In this document: positions 55,263 to 64,000 of the stretch, one piece after another | How positions within the stretch are numbered: the stretch's first letter is position 1 | Layout of the letters: the number at the start of each line of letters is the position of its first letter | Origin: Candidatus Brocadiia bacterium | GTDB taxonomy: Bacteria; Planctomycetota; Brocadiia; CAIUPP01 | DNA: 64,000 bases | Assembly: GCA_052139675.1 (NCBI GenBank) | Contig: JBKQWE010000035.1 | Location: 6,906-70,905 of the forward strand | Direction: 5' to 3' | The notes under the pieces: model-generated | Databases searched by the model: none | What the model saw: only the letters and a program-made list of their open reading frames with translations | Told to the model about the DNA's origin: nothing | Program-made: the position numbers and the translations under genes

Positions 55263-56281
55263 TCTTTCTCCACCGGGAGCATGCCCACGCTCTCGCGCAG
55301 CGCGGTGGTGATCGAGCCGCTGACGTTCCCGCGGACGTACGCGATGCCCTTGAGCACGGCGTTGCAGATGGCGCGCGCGTTCGAGCGGCCGTGGCAGATG
55401 ATGATGCCGCCGTCCACGCCCAGGAGCAGCCCGCCGCCGTAGTCCGCGAAGTCCACGCGGCGCTCCAGGTTGAGCAGCACCGGCCGCATGAGGTTGAAGC
55501 TCAGCCGGCCCCACACGTCGCGGAAGATGGCCGTGCGGAGGATGTCGGCGAGCATCTCGCCGTAGCCTTCGATCGCCTTGACGAGCGCGTTGCCGACGAA
55601 GCCGTCGCAGACGACCACGTCGTGCTGGCCGCGGAAGATGTCGCGGCCCTCGGCGTTGCCGACGAAATTGATCGGCGCCTGCGCCAGGAGCGCGGCGGCC
55701 TCGCGGACGACCGGCCCGCCTTTCGTCTCCTCCTCGCCCACGTTGAGCAGGCCGACGCGCGGCTTCTCGATCTGGAAGATCGCCGAGTGATAGACCGAGG
55801 CCATGATGCCGTACTGGCACAGGTGGATCGGCTTGCAGTTGAGGTTCGCGCCGATGTCCATGATCGTGCAGTGGCCGCTGGCGGAGGGCGCGCTGATGGC
55901 GATGCCGACGCGGCGCACGCCGGCGATCGGCCGGAGGCTGAGCTGCGCGGCGGCGACCATGGCGCCGGTGTTGCCCGCGCTGATCGCGACGCCGGCCTCG
56001 CCGGTGGCGACCATTTTGACGGCGCGGAGGATGGAGTTGTCCCGCTTCTTCTTGATGGCCTCGACCGGCTTCTCGTCCATCGCGATCACCTGCGAGGCGT
56101 GGACGATCAGGATGTTCGAGGGGATGGACTGGCCGGCGGCCTTGAACTGGGCTTCAATGGCGGCGGCGTCGCCGACGAGAGCGATCTCGTGATCCGGTCG
56201 CGCTTCGGCGGCCTGGATGGCCCCGAGCACGGTCTCCCGCGGCGCGAAGTCGCCGCCCATTGCATCGAGGGCGATCCGCAT
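55259..56281 (-). CDS. plsX: Phosphate acyltransferase.
   Basis: MRIALDAMGGDFAP and ...ICHGRSN are typical of PlsX. It overlaps the fabH start by 4 bp. Confidence 0.9.
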   Translation of the reverse strand: MRIALDAMGGDFAPRETVLGAIQAAEARPDHEIALVGDAAAIEAQFKAAGQSIPSNILIVHASQVIAMDEKPVEAIKKKRDNSILRAVKMVATGEAGVAISAGNTGAMVAAAQLSLRPIAGVRRVGIAISAPSASGHCTIMDIGANLNCKPIHLCQYGIMASVYHSAIFQIEKPRVGLLNVGEEETKGGPVVREAAALLAQAPINFVGNAEGRDIFRGQHDVVVCDGFVGNALVKAIEGYGEMLADILRTAIFRDVWGRLSFNLMRPVLLNLERRVDFADYGGGLLLGVDGGIIICHGRSNARAICNAVLKGIAYVRGNVSGSITTALRESVGMLPVEKE

Positions 56282-56284
56282 CGC

Positions 56285-56467
56285 TTACGATTTCTCCATC
56301 GAGACCACTTCGCGGCCGGCATAATAACCGCAATTCGGGCAAACCGTGTGCGGTTCCTTCACCGTATCGCACCGCGGGCACAGGGTGGTGCCGCCTTTGC
56401 GCAGACTGTCGTGCGTGCGGCGCTTGCGGCCGCGAGTCACCGAGTGCCGTCTTTTCGGAAGCGCCAT
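56285..56467 (-). CDS. rpmF: 50S ribosomal protein L32.
   Basis: MALPKRRHSVTRGRKRRTH...CPNCG in a 60-aa protein. Confidence 0.85.
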   Translation of the reverse strand: MALPKRRHSVTRGRKRRTHDSLRKGGTTLCPRCDTVKEPHTVCPNCGYYAGREVVSMEKS

Positions 56468-56723
56468 CGGACCACCTCTCCAAAAGGAACGGACCGTCCG
56501 CTGTCGGCAATCACTCGTCCGCCGAACGCCGACAGCTTGCGTTCAACGGCGATATGCAAGTTTTCCGTCTGAGGGGCCGGCGGTTTTCCGGAAAAGGCCG
56601 CTCTCCCGCTCGGGCGCGGCCGCCGAGCAGCCTGTGTGGGCATGCGGATAAAGCAGGCGTTTATCCTATGCGAAAACCGCCGCGCTGTCAAGCCGCCCTG
56701 CCGGCGCGCACGGAATTCCGGCC

Positions 56724-57443
56724 TTAGTTCCTCGCCGGGATCACCAGCTCCATGCCGACCTTCAAGTCGTCCGGATCCGGGCCGATCGTCGCCTTGTTCG
56801 CCTGGTAGATCCGGTCTATGTCCGCCTTGGTGGCGGAGCCGTACGATTTCTGGGCGATGGAGGTCAGCGTGTCGCCGGTTGCGACGACATATTTTCCGCC
56901 GGCCGCGGCCGCCGTGGTCCCGCGCGGTCCGCGCGCAGGGCCGGCCGAAACTGCCGCCCCGGCGCCCGGAATCACCAGGTCCATGCCGTCCTTGAGCTTG
57001 CTGGGGTCCGCGCCGATCTTGTCCTTGTTCGCCTCATAAATCGTCCGCCACCTGGCCGGCGTCTTGTAGAACTGCTCGGAAATGCTCGACAGGGTGTCGC
57101 CGTGCTGGACCTTGTAGGTGGTGGACGCCACCGCCGGATGCAGAGGCGGCGGAGGAGGAACGACGGTGACCGCCGGCATGACCACGGTGCCCATCGGGGC
57201 AGGCTCGACGCCGGTCGCCATGGGCGCGGCGCCGGTCGCGCCGGCCATCGGCCCGATTTCGCCGGGGACGCCCATCGGCGGCGAAACCGGCACCACCGGC
57301 CCCGGAAGCTCATTCTCGCTGGCCGTCGTGCCCGTTTCGGTTATCGGCACATTCCGGTTGCTGTGCCGGAACCACCAGAACACCGCAATGAGCGCAATGA
57401 GCAGCACGCCGATCGCAATCCCGATCTTCACATCCCGCTGCAT
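56724..57443 (-). CDS. Membrane-anchored protein with two LysM (peptidoglycan-binding) domains.
   Basis: An N-terminal TM helix is followed by two copies of YKVQHGDTLSSISEQFY... / YVVATGDTLTSIAQKSY... separated by a Pro/Ala-rich linker. Confidence 0.75.
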   Translation of the reverse strand: MQRDVKIGIAIGVLLIALIAVFWWFRHSNRNVPITETGTTASENELPGPVVPVSPPMGVPGEIGPMAGATGAAPMATGVEPAPMGTVVMPAVTVVPPPPPLHPAVASTTYKVQHGDTLSSISEQFYKTPARWRTIYEANKDKIGADPSKLKDGMDLVIPGAGAAVSAGPARGPRGTTAAAAGGKYVVATGDTLTSIAQKSYGSATKADIDRIYQANKATIGPDPDDLKVGMELVIPARN

Positions 57444-57526
57444 CGGAAAGCCCTTTCTAAATCAATCCCGCCGGCGCCCTGACCGCATTCAAGCGTTGCG
57501 GCCGACACGCGTTTATATTTGACGTT

Positions 57527-60500
57527 TCAGGTTGAACGGAATGTAACGATTTTCGCCAATTTCTTCAAGCTGGCCGCCGCGGATTCCCACCCGATCAGGA
57601 TCGGGCTGGCGATGAAGATCGAGGAATACGTGCCCACGACCACGCCCACGGTCATGACGAAGGCGAACCCGTGGATGACCGGCCCGCCCATGATGTAAAG
57701 CACCACCACGACGAAGAGCACCGTCAGGCTGGTCAGCACGGTCCGCGACAGCGTCTGGTTGACGCTCGTGTCCACCAGCGTCGCATCCACGCGGCGCCGC
57801 ACGCCGCCCATGTTCTCGCGGATCCGGTCGAACACGACGATGGTGTCGTTGGCCGAGTAACCCATCAGCGTCAGGAAGGCGGCGATCATGGTCAGGTTGA
57901 CCTTGATGTCGCTGAAACCGAGGAAGTTGCCGACCGGCGTCCCCGAGAGCGCATCGGCCACGCCGACCGCCCCGAGCGTGAAGCAGACGTCGTGCACCAG
58001 GGCGATGACCGTGGCGAGGCCGAACTTGGACTCGCCGAACCGGAACCAGAGGTAGAAGATCATGGCGACCCAGCTCATGAGAATCGCCAGCACGGCCTTG
58101 TTGCGAGTCTCTCCGGCGACCGCCGAGCCGATGGTCTCGATGCTGCGGAACGGGTCGTTCAGCCTTTGCCTGACGGCCTCGACGATGGCGTCGTGCGCGG
58201 CTTTGACCTGGTCCGCGGTCCCGGCCAGCCGGAGGTACGCTTCCTTCGTCTGCGTCTTGCCGACGGCCACCGTGTTGATGTTCCCCTGCACGACCAGCGC
58301 GTCGCCGTACCCGGCGCTGACGAGCGTGGCGTGGATCTGCTGCAACTGCACCGGCTGGCTCACCGCCAGCTTGAAGAACTGCCCGCCCGCCGCCAGGTCG
58401 GCGGCCCAGTCCGGCGCCTGCGCCGGGTTGAGGTCAACGGCGACCGCCTGCTCCGCGCTTTCCGGCGTGAGCTCGGGCTTGAACTCGGTCACCAGGTCCT
58501 GTTTGATCTTCTCGATGGTCTTCTCCTCGGAGAGCGGCGCCATCGAGACGTAATAATCCTGCCCTTCGACGTTCAGCGGGATGATCGAGCGGACGATGTC
58601 CATACCCGGCCGCGCGTCCAGGATATCCTGCAGCGCCGTCTGGGGCTGCGGGTCGTGGAGCGTAATGTGGAGTTCGCCGGTGGCCGGCTCGGTGAAGGAC
58701 ATCACCCGCAGGTGAGTCTCCTTCGACCGGGCGATCGTGTCGAGGTCGCTGTCCTTTCCATAGACGGCCATGTCGCGGCCGATTTCGGAACCGGCGTCCT
58801 TGCCGAACCCGGTGACGCGCAGGTCCTCCGGAACGGTCTCGCCGGGCTTGATTTTCAGGATGTCGCGGTAAAGCGCCTGGCGCACCGCCTCGGTCGAGCG
58901 GGCGCCCGCGAGGTGGATCGGCACGTACTTCCGGCCCGGGGCGGCGCCTTCGACGTGGGCCGCCTCCTCGGTGGTCACCGGGTCAATCGTCACGACCACG
59001 GTCTCCTGCCCGATCAGCGACTCGAACGCGTCGAGGACGGCGGCGATCTGGGTCTCCGGGTTGGCCTCGAGGGCGGAGGCCTTCAGCCTCACGGCGAATT
59101 CCGAAGGCAGCCGGTCCTTCTCCTTGTCCATCAGCGTGATCCGGCGGATGTCGGATTCCCTGTAGCGCCGCCGGGCGAGCAGGTCGCGCAGCGCCAGCGG
59201 GCTGATCGGCCGCGCGAGGTGGAGCGTGAAATCCCACGACTTGGGATCGGGGTTCTTCTCCACCGTGCTGTAAAGCTGCTGCGCCGTCAGGAGGCTCACG
59301 AAGTCCTCGCGCATCTTCATCTGCCGCTGCTCGTCGGTGAGCTGGCGGATGCGGATCGAGAAGAGCTTTCCCTTCTCGGCCTGCAGGCCGGCCTCGGCGG
59401 AGGACCAGACGCTCTGCACGTCCGCGCCCATCGGGAAGAGCTTGCTGACGCGGGCGCGGAAATCGCTGATCGCCTCGGGGCGCTTCAGCTCCATTTCCGC
59501 CCGGAACCCGCCGGCGAGCTCCGTATCGCGTTCGTTATTCCACCGCGCCAGGAACACGGTCAACCCGGCGACGCCGAAGAACACCGTGCTCGCGATGCAG
59601 ATGTACCGGTATTTCGAGAACGGGATGCTCGGCCGGCCGAAGAGGTGCATCATGTGCAGCCGCGTGAGCCAGCCTTTCTCCACGACGATGTCCAGCAGCC
59701 AGCGCGTGACCCAGAACGAGGTGAAGAGGCTCAGGACCAGGCCCAGGATCAGCGTGATGGCGAACCCGCGCACCGGCCCGGTGCCGACGCCGAAAAGGAT
59801 CAGCGCGGTGATGATCGTCGTCAGGTGGGTATCGAGGATGACCATGAAGGCGCGCTCGTAGCCGGTGCGGATCGCCAGGCGCAGCGTTTTGCCGCGCTGG
59901 CTTTCCTCGCGGATGCGCTCGTTGATCAGCACGTTCGCGTCCACTGCCATGCCGAGCGTCAGCACCAGCCCGGCGATGCCCGGCAGCGTGAGCACCGACT
60001 GCATGCCCGCCATTCCGCCGAGGACCAGCAGCAGGTTCACCAGCACCGCGAAGTCCGCGATGGCGCCGCCGACGAGGTAGTAGACCGCCATGAAGGCCAC
60101 GACCACCACCAGCCCGACGAGGCTCGCCCGGATCCCCGCGCGGATGCTGTCCTCGCCGAGCTGCGCGCCGACGGTGTTGTTCCATTCCAGCTCGATGTCC
60201 GCCGGGAGCTGCCCGGCGCGGAGGGTGGTAACCAGGTCGTCCACTTCTTCCTTGGTGAAGCGGCCATGGATCACGCCGGAGCCGGCGATGCGCGACTCAA
60301 TGACGGGAGCGGAATACAGGTCCTCGTCGAGGATGATCGCCAGCAGCCGGCCCGCGTGCTGCTCGGTTTTCTGGTACTGTTCGGTCAGGCGCTCGAACTC
60401 CCGCGCGCCCTGGCCGCGGAACGAGAAGGCCACCTCCGGCGTGCCGTCCGTCGGGTCGGTGGCCGCCCTCACCTCGCTGAGGAATTCGCCGGTGACGTAG

Positions 60501-61126
60501 GCCTTGTTCTCGACGAGGTACCACTCGCCGTTGCGGATCTCGGGGGGCATTTCCTTCACGTCGCGGAAGGTCGCCTTGTGCCAGCGCCTGACCTTGCCCT
60601 GCGAATCGCGCTCGATCTGGTGCGTCACCGGGTTGCGCGCGGGCAGGAACGGCGTGGTGTTGGCCACGCGCTCGCCCAGCCGCGCCGCCGCCAGGTCCTC
60701 GGCGCGCTCGTCCACCAGGCAGAAGCGCAGTTGCCCGGCCTTGCGGATCAGCGCCTCGATGCGCGCCGACTCCTCCGGGCCCATGCCCGGAAGCTGGATG
60801 TAGAACCGGTCCTCGCCGCGCGGGCGGATGTCCAGCTCCATGCGGCCGTCCGGGTCCACGCGCCGGCGGATGACCTCGATCGTGCGCGGCACGATGTCCT
60901 TGCGGTCCGCCGCGCTCAGCTCGGAGGTGCGGATCTTGTAGAGCAGCTCGCTGCCGCCCTTCAGGTCCAGCCCGAGCGGGATGCGCGTCACCCAGTGGGT
61001 CAGCGGCTTGCCGTCCGGCCCGGTCTCCGTGATCCGCTCCGGGTGGATCGTGATTACGCCGACCGCCGCCAGGATGATCACGAGCGCCATCTTGAAATAC
61101 AGCTTCGGTAGTATCTTGCCCATCAT
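57527..61126 (-). CDS. secDF: Fused protein-export membrane protein SecD/SecF, a long form of 1199 aa.
   Basis: Two 6-TM modules each show the ...GLDL[KR]GG... periplasmic P1 head and RND-like TM bundles. There are large extra periplasmic segments between residues 130-290 and 560-960. Confidence 0.85.
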   Translation of the reverse strand: MMGKILPKLYFKMALVIILAAVGVITIHPERITETGPDGKPLTHWVTRIPLGLDLKGGSELLYKIRTSELSAADRKDIVPRTIEVIRRRVDPDGRMELDIRPRGEDRFYIQLPGMGPEESARIEALIRKAGQLRFCLVDERAEDLAAARLGERVANTTPFLPARNPVTHQIERDSQGKVRRWHKATFRDVKEMPPEIRNGEWYLVENKAYVTGEFLSEVRAATDPTDGTPEVAFSFRGQGAREFERLTEQYQKTEQHAGRLLAIILDEDLYSAPVIESRIAGSGVIHGRFTKEEVDDLVTTLRAGQLPADIELEWNNTVGAQLGEDSIRAGIRASLVGLVVVVAFMAVYYLVGGAIADFAVLVNLLLVLGGMAGMQSVLTLPGIAGLVLTLGMAVDANVLINERIREESQRGKTLRLAIRTGYERAFMVILDTHLTTIITALILFGVGTGPVRGFAITLILGLVLSLFTSFWVTRWLLDIVVEKGWLTRLHMMHLFGRPSIPFSKYRYICIASTVFFGVAGLTVFLARWNNERDTELAGGFRAEMELKRPEAISDFRARVSKLFPMGADVQSVWSSAEAGLQAEKGKLFSIRIRQLTDEQRQMKMREDFVSLLTAQQLYSTVEKNPDPKSWDFTLHLARPISPLALRDLLARRRYRESDIRRITLMDKEKDRLPSEFAVRLKASALEANPETQIAAVLDAFESLIGQETVVVTIDPVTTEEAAHVEGAAPGRKYVPIHLAGARSTEAVRQALYRDILKIKPGETVPEDLRVTGFGKDAGSEIGRDMAVYGKDSDLDTIARSKETHLRVMSFTEPATGELHITLHDPQPQTALQDILDARPGMDIVRSIIPLNVEGQDYYVSMAPLSEEKTIEKIKQDLVTEFKPELTPESAEQAVAVDLNPAQAPDWAADLAAGGQFFKLAVSQPVQLQQIHATLVSAGYGDALVVQGNINTVAVGKTQTKEAYLRLAGTADQVKAAHDAIVEAVRQRLNDPFRSIETIGSAVAGETRNKAVLAILMSWVAMIFYLWFRFGESKFGLATVIALVHDVCFTLGAVGVADALSGTPVGNFLGFSDIKVNLTMIAAFLTLMGYSANDTIVVFDRIRENMGGVRRRVDATLVDTSVNQTLSRTVLTSLTVLFVVVVLYIMGGPVIHGFAFVMTVGVVVGTYSSIFIASPILIGWESAAASLKKLAKIVTFRST

Positions 61127-61142
61127 GATGGAAACGGGACTC

Positions 61143-61547
61143 CTACTGCTTCTTGTCTTCGGCCGAACCGGAACCCTGCGTCAGGATCTCATGGATCGCG
61201 CCGCGCCGGAATTTGAGCGTGGTGCCGCGCTCGCGGTCCACGAGCAGGATGACGTACTCCTCCTTGGCGTCAACGTTCTGAACTTCGCCGAAGAGGCCGC
61301 CGATGGTGACGACCTCCGCGCCGCGCTCGAGCTTGTTGAGCATCTCCTTGCGCTGCTGTTCCTTCTTCTTCTGCGGGCGGATCATCATGAAGTAGATGAT
61401 GGCGAAGATGGCGATGATCCAGACGAAGAACATCGGCGAGAAAGGCGATGAGGGCGCGCCGCCCGCGGGGCCGCTCGGCGCGCTGGCGGTCCCGGCGGCC
61501 TGGGCCAGGATCGGAATGGTCAGACTCAGCATGGTGATCCCTTTCAA
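61143..61547 (-). CDS. yajC: Preprotein translocase subunit YajC.
   Basis: A single TM helix (FFVWIIAIFAIIYFMMIRPQKKK) is followed by the conserved ...VVTIGGLFGEV... region. Confidence 0.75.
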   Translation of the reverse strand: MKGITMLSLTIPILAQAAGTASAPSGPAGGAPSSPFSPMFFVWIIAIFAIIYFMMIRPQKKKEQQRKEMLNKLERGAEVVTIGGLFGEVQNVDAKEEYVILLVDRERGTTLKFRRGAIHEILTQGSGSAEDKKQ

Positions 61548-61588
61548 AACAAGTCAGAAGTACGAACGATGAATGATGAAGTACTTCA

Positions 61589-62704
61589 TCACTCGTCACT
61601 CATCGTTCGCACTTCCTGGAATTCCTTCCGGAACTCCCGGAAACGCCGCTCGATGATCGCGCGGCGCATGTCGGCCATGAGGCGCATGTAATACCTGAGG
61701 TTGTGCAGGCTCAAGAGCGTCAGGCCGAGCATCTCGCCGGCCTGGAAGAGATGCCTCAGATACGCGCGCGAAAACCTTCGGCACGCCAGGCAATCGCACG
61801 ACGGATCCAGCGGCCGCTCGTCCGCCCGGTGCGCCGTATTGCGCACTTTTACCCGACCACGGGTGGTAAATGCAAGTCCGTTTCGCCCGCAACGCGTCGG
61901 AAGCACGCAATCGAACAGGTCCACGCCCTGCGCCACGCACTCCACGATGTCCTCCGGCCGGCCGACGCCCATCAGGTAGCGCGGCTTCGCCGGAGGCAGC
62001 CGTTCGAGCGTCAGGCCGGTCATTTCCACCATCAGGTCGAGCCCTTCGCCGACGCTCAGCCCGCCGATGGAATGGCCCGGGAAATCGAGCGCCGCCAGCC
62101 GGTCGGCGCACTCGCGGCGCAGGTCCGGGTACGTCGCGCCCTGGACGATGCCGAAAAGCGCCTGGTCCTCGCGCCGGTGCGCGGCCTTGCACCGCGCCGC
62201 CCAGCCGACCGTCCGTTCCATCGCCGCCCGGGCGGGCGCCTTCTCGGTCGGGAACGGCGCGCATTCGTCCAGCGGCATGATCACGTCTGCGCCGATCTGG
62301 TTCTCCATCTCGATGCACCGCTCCGGCGTCAGGAAAATCTCCCGCCCGTCCAGATGGCTCTTGAACAGCACGCCGCCCTCGGAGATCGTCCGCAGGTCGG
62401 CCATCGAGAAAATCTGGTAGCCGCCGCTGTCGGTCAGGATCGGCTTCGGCCAGCTCATGAACCGGTGGAGCCCGCCCATCTGCGCCACCCGTTCCGCGCC
62501 GGGCCGAAGGCCCAGGTGCCAGGCGTTCGCCAGGATCATCTGCGCGCCGACCTCCTCCAGGTGCACCGGCGTCAGCGTCTTCACCGTCCCCTGCGTCGCG
62601 CAGGGCATGAAGAGCGGCGTCGGCACCGTCCCGTGCGGCGTCACGAACTCGCCCGCCCGCGCGCCGGTGTCGGCGTCTTGCGCCAGAATGCGGAACTCGA
62701 ACAT
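61589..62704 (-). CDS. tgt: Queuine tRNA-ribosyltransferase (tRNA-guanine transglycosylase).
   Basis: Carries TPHGTV.TP.FMP, ...LTDSGGYQ... (catalytic Asp) and a C-terminal Zn site CDCLAC...H. Confidence 0.9.
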   Translation of the reverse strand: MFEFRILAQDADTGARAGEFVTPHGTVPTPLFMPCATQGTVKTLTPVHLEEVGAQMILANAWHLGLRPGAERVAQMGGLHRFMSWPKPILTDSGGYQIFSMADLRTISEGGVLFKSHLDGREIFLTPERCIEMENQIGADVIMPLDECAPFPTEKAPARAAMERTVGWAARCKAAHRREDQALFGIVQGATYPDLRRECADRLAALDFPGHSIGGLSVGEGLDLMVEMTGLTLERLPPAKPRYLMGVGRPEDIVECVAQGVDLFDCVLPTRCGRNGLAFTTRGRVKVRNTAHRADERPLDPSCDCLACRRFSRAYLRHLFQAGEMLGLTLLSLHNLRYYMRLMADMRRAIIERRFREFRKEFQEVRTMSDE

Positions 62705-62715
62705 CGCGGTTTCAC

Positions 62716-62806
62716 TTATCTGGACGATAGACGATGGACGATAGACCTTGTGCCATCGTCAATCGTCCATCGTCATTGGTCCATCGTCCATCGTCCATCG
62801 TCGCCG
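62716..62806. repeat. GACGATGGAC-family hairpin repeat.
   Basis: TGGACGATAGACGATGGACGATAGACC, loop, CATCGTCAATCGTCCATCGTCATTGGTCCATCGTCCATCGTCCATCGTCGCC, between the tgt start and the SpoIID-like stop. Confidence 0.65.
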
Positions 62807-62807
62807 T

Positions 62808-63959
62808 CTAGTACAGCTTCCCAATCGAGCAATTGCGGTAATAATGCATCAGGATTTCCCGGTAGAGCCGTCCGACCCTGGCCATGCCGCGGCAGCCGTA
62901 CTGGCACATGCCGGCGCCGTGGCCGAAGCCCCGGCCGGTGAACCGGAAGTCATCGCCGTCCGCGCGGCATTGGAACTTTCCGCTCTGGATTTCCATCCGG
63001 CCCACGGCGCGGCGGAAGTCCACGATCGGGACGAGCGCCGATCCACCCGGCCAGTCCAGCTTCACCATCCGCCCGGTGCGCGGGTCGCCCTCCTCGGCGC
63101 TGACGGCGGTGACCGCGCCGACGGCGATGCCGGCCGCCTTCAGCCGCGCGGCGAGCTCCGCGCCGGAAATCGTCGCCCGCCATTCATAGTGCGGCGAATC
63201 GGTGCAGAACCCGCACGGCACGCCCACCAGGAAATCGTATTCCGGCTTGGCGAGCGCCTTGCCCGGGCTCTCCGTCTCGCCGCCGCAGGTCGAGCAATAG
63301 AACGCCGGGAACAGTCCGCCGTCGTGCAGCAGCACCTCGCCGCGCGTGGCGCCGACTGCCTCGACGATAGAGGGCTTGGCCTTCCCGGCGGCGTATACCT
63401 GGTCCTCGACCGTGCTGGTCAGGTCGTACTCCAGGGCGGCGCGCTGCAGGTGATAGAAGATCGCCAGCGTCCGCGCCGCGACGGCCTGCGCCTTGAGCGC
63501 CTCGGCCGGCCAGTCCGCCGGCATCTCGCCGCCGACGACGCTGAGCAGGTAGCGCTCGGCGTCCATCACGACGATGACCGTCACGCGGTCCGCCGAGCGC
63601 AGCAGCCGGACCGTGCCGGGATATTCGCGGCCGCCGACGCGGACCTGCGCGCCGGCTTCGGCCTCGATCTCCAGCGAAGAGCACTTATACAGGACATCGC
63701 CGAGCAGGATGCCGCCCGGGGCGACGACGGCCTTCGCCGGCGCAATCCGGAAGTGGCGCTTCGCCTGCTCGTCAGGAAACGCCACCACGCGACACGCCCC
63801 TGCGCACGAAATCTCGGGCGTGGCCGAAGCGTCGGAGAGCCAGAGCCGCACCATCGGCGGCCGCTCGAACTTCGGCGGCACGATGATTGCCGGCAATGCC
63901 GGCTGAGTCGGCGGCGGCACAGGCTGGACCAGCGGCGGCGAAGGCGGCGCCGGAGGCAA
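62808..63959 (-). CDS. SpoIID/LytB-domain protein (putative amidase enhancer); the N-terminus may extend further.
   Basis: A Pro-rich N-terminus is followed by the SpoIID domain ...KAQAVAARTLA... and ...FYCSTCGGETE (TCGG motif). Confidence 0.7.
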   Translation of the reverse strand: MPPAPPSPPLVQPVPPPTQPALPAIIVPPKFERPPMVRLWLSDASATPEISCAGACRVVAFPDEQAKRHFRIAPAKAVVAPGGILLGDVLYKCSSLEIEAEAGAQVRVGGREYPGTVRLLRSADRVTVIVVMDAERYLLSVVGGEMPADWPAEALKAQAVAARTLAIFYHLQRAALEYDLTSTVEDQVYAAGKAKPSIVEAVGATRGEVLLHDGGLFPAFYCSTCGGETESPGKALAKPEYDFLVGVPCGFCTDSPHYEWRATISGAELAARLKAAGIAVGAVTAVSAEEGDPRTGRMVKLDWPGGSALVPIVDFRRAVGRMEIQSGKFQCRADGDDFRFTGRGFGHGAGMCQYGCRGMARVGRLYREILMHYYRNCSIGKLY

Positions 63960-64000
63960 CCGCGGAGTCTCGGCCTCTTCAGCGGCCGGCGGCGCGGGCG

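Noticed and set aside
56468-56723. Expected DUF177/YceD gene upstream of rpmF.
   Set aside because: The 256-bp gap has no ORF with YceD-like Cys motifs. The fab operon here appears to start directly with rpmF.
1-64000. rRNA, tRNA, tmRNA, integrase, transposase or prophage content.
   Set aside because: Nothing recognisable was found on either strand. This statement is limited by visual inspection only (no tRNAscan or Infernal run).

Overview
This 64 kb window has about 68 % GC and is almost entirely coding. It is most likely from a bacterium of the PVC superphylum, judged from a prepilin-like DUF1559/H-X9-DG protein, a GT39-like membrane glycosyltransferase, giant coiled-coil proteins, a long fused SecDF and TTG/GTG starts behind strong GGAGG ribosome-binding sites; this placement is tentative. 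Most genes are housekeeping. A minus-strand run carries sppA, birA, a GalT-family gene, a CheY-like regulator, glgC, a DUF4912 gene and a GH57 branching enzyme, which together form a glycogen cluster. Other recognisable genes are gnd, two SDRs, a HAD hydrolase, an FAD oxidase of the GlcD type, an aconitase-family enzyme, metG with a PSP1/RicT-like gene, a ferredoxin with nadK, xseB and xseA, a YmdB-like phosphoesterase with coaD, an LptD-like outer-membrane protein, dinB, dapF, a complete rpmF-plsX-fabH-fabD-fabG-acpP-fabF operon, and tgt-yajC-secDF. The accessory or unusual content is listed here.
1. A vapBC toxin-antitoxin pair.
2. A 1298-aa protein with an N-terminal PAS-like domain and a long coiled coil.
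3. A 37-codon cysteine/lysine-rich ORF (metallothionein-like) that the 60-aa ORF track missed.
4. A pair of excisionase-type HTH (HTH_17) proteins: an HTH-receiver response regulator followed by a membrane-anchored acidic HTH protein carrying an internal 85-bp duplication.
5. An FHA-GAF-HD-GYP signalling protein.
6. A low-GC orphan membrane-protein gene.
7. Two families of palindromic intergenic repeats. One is a roughly 150-bp MITE-like element built on CCACGGATT (two copies). The other is a set of hairpin repeats made of GACGATGGAC iterations (four loci).
8. A palindromic array of 9-bp CACGAAGGA repeats in the divergent promoter upstream of gnd.
No rRNA, tRNA, CRISPR array, transposase or integrase was recognised. 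Many long ORFs in the supplied track are antisense or wrong-frame artefacts of the high GC content.
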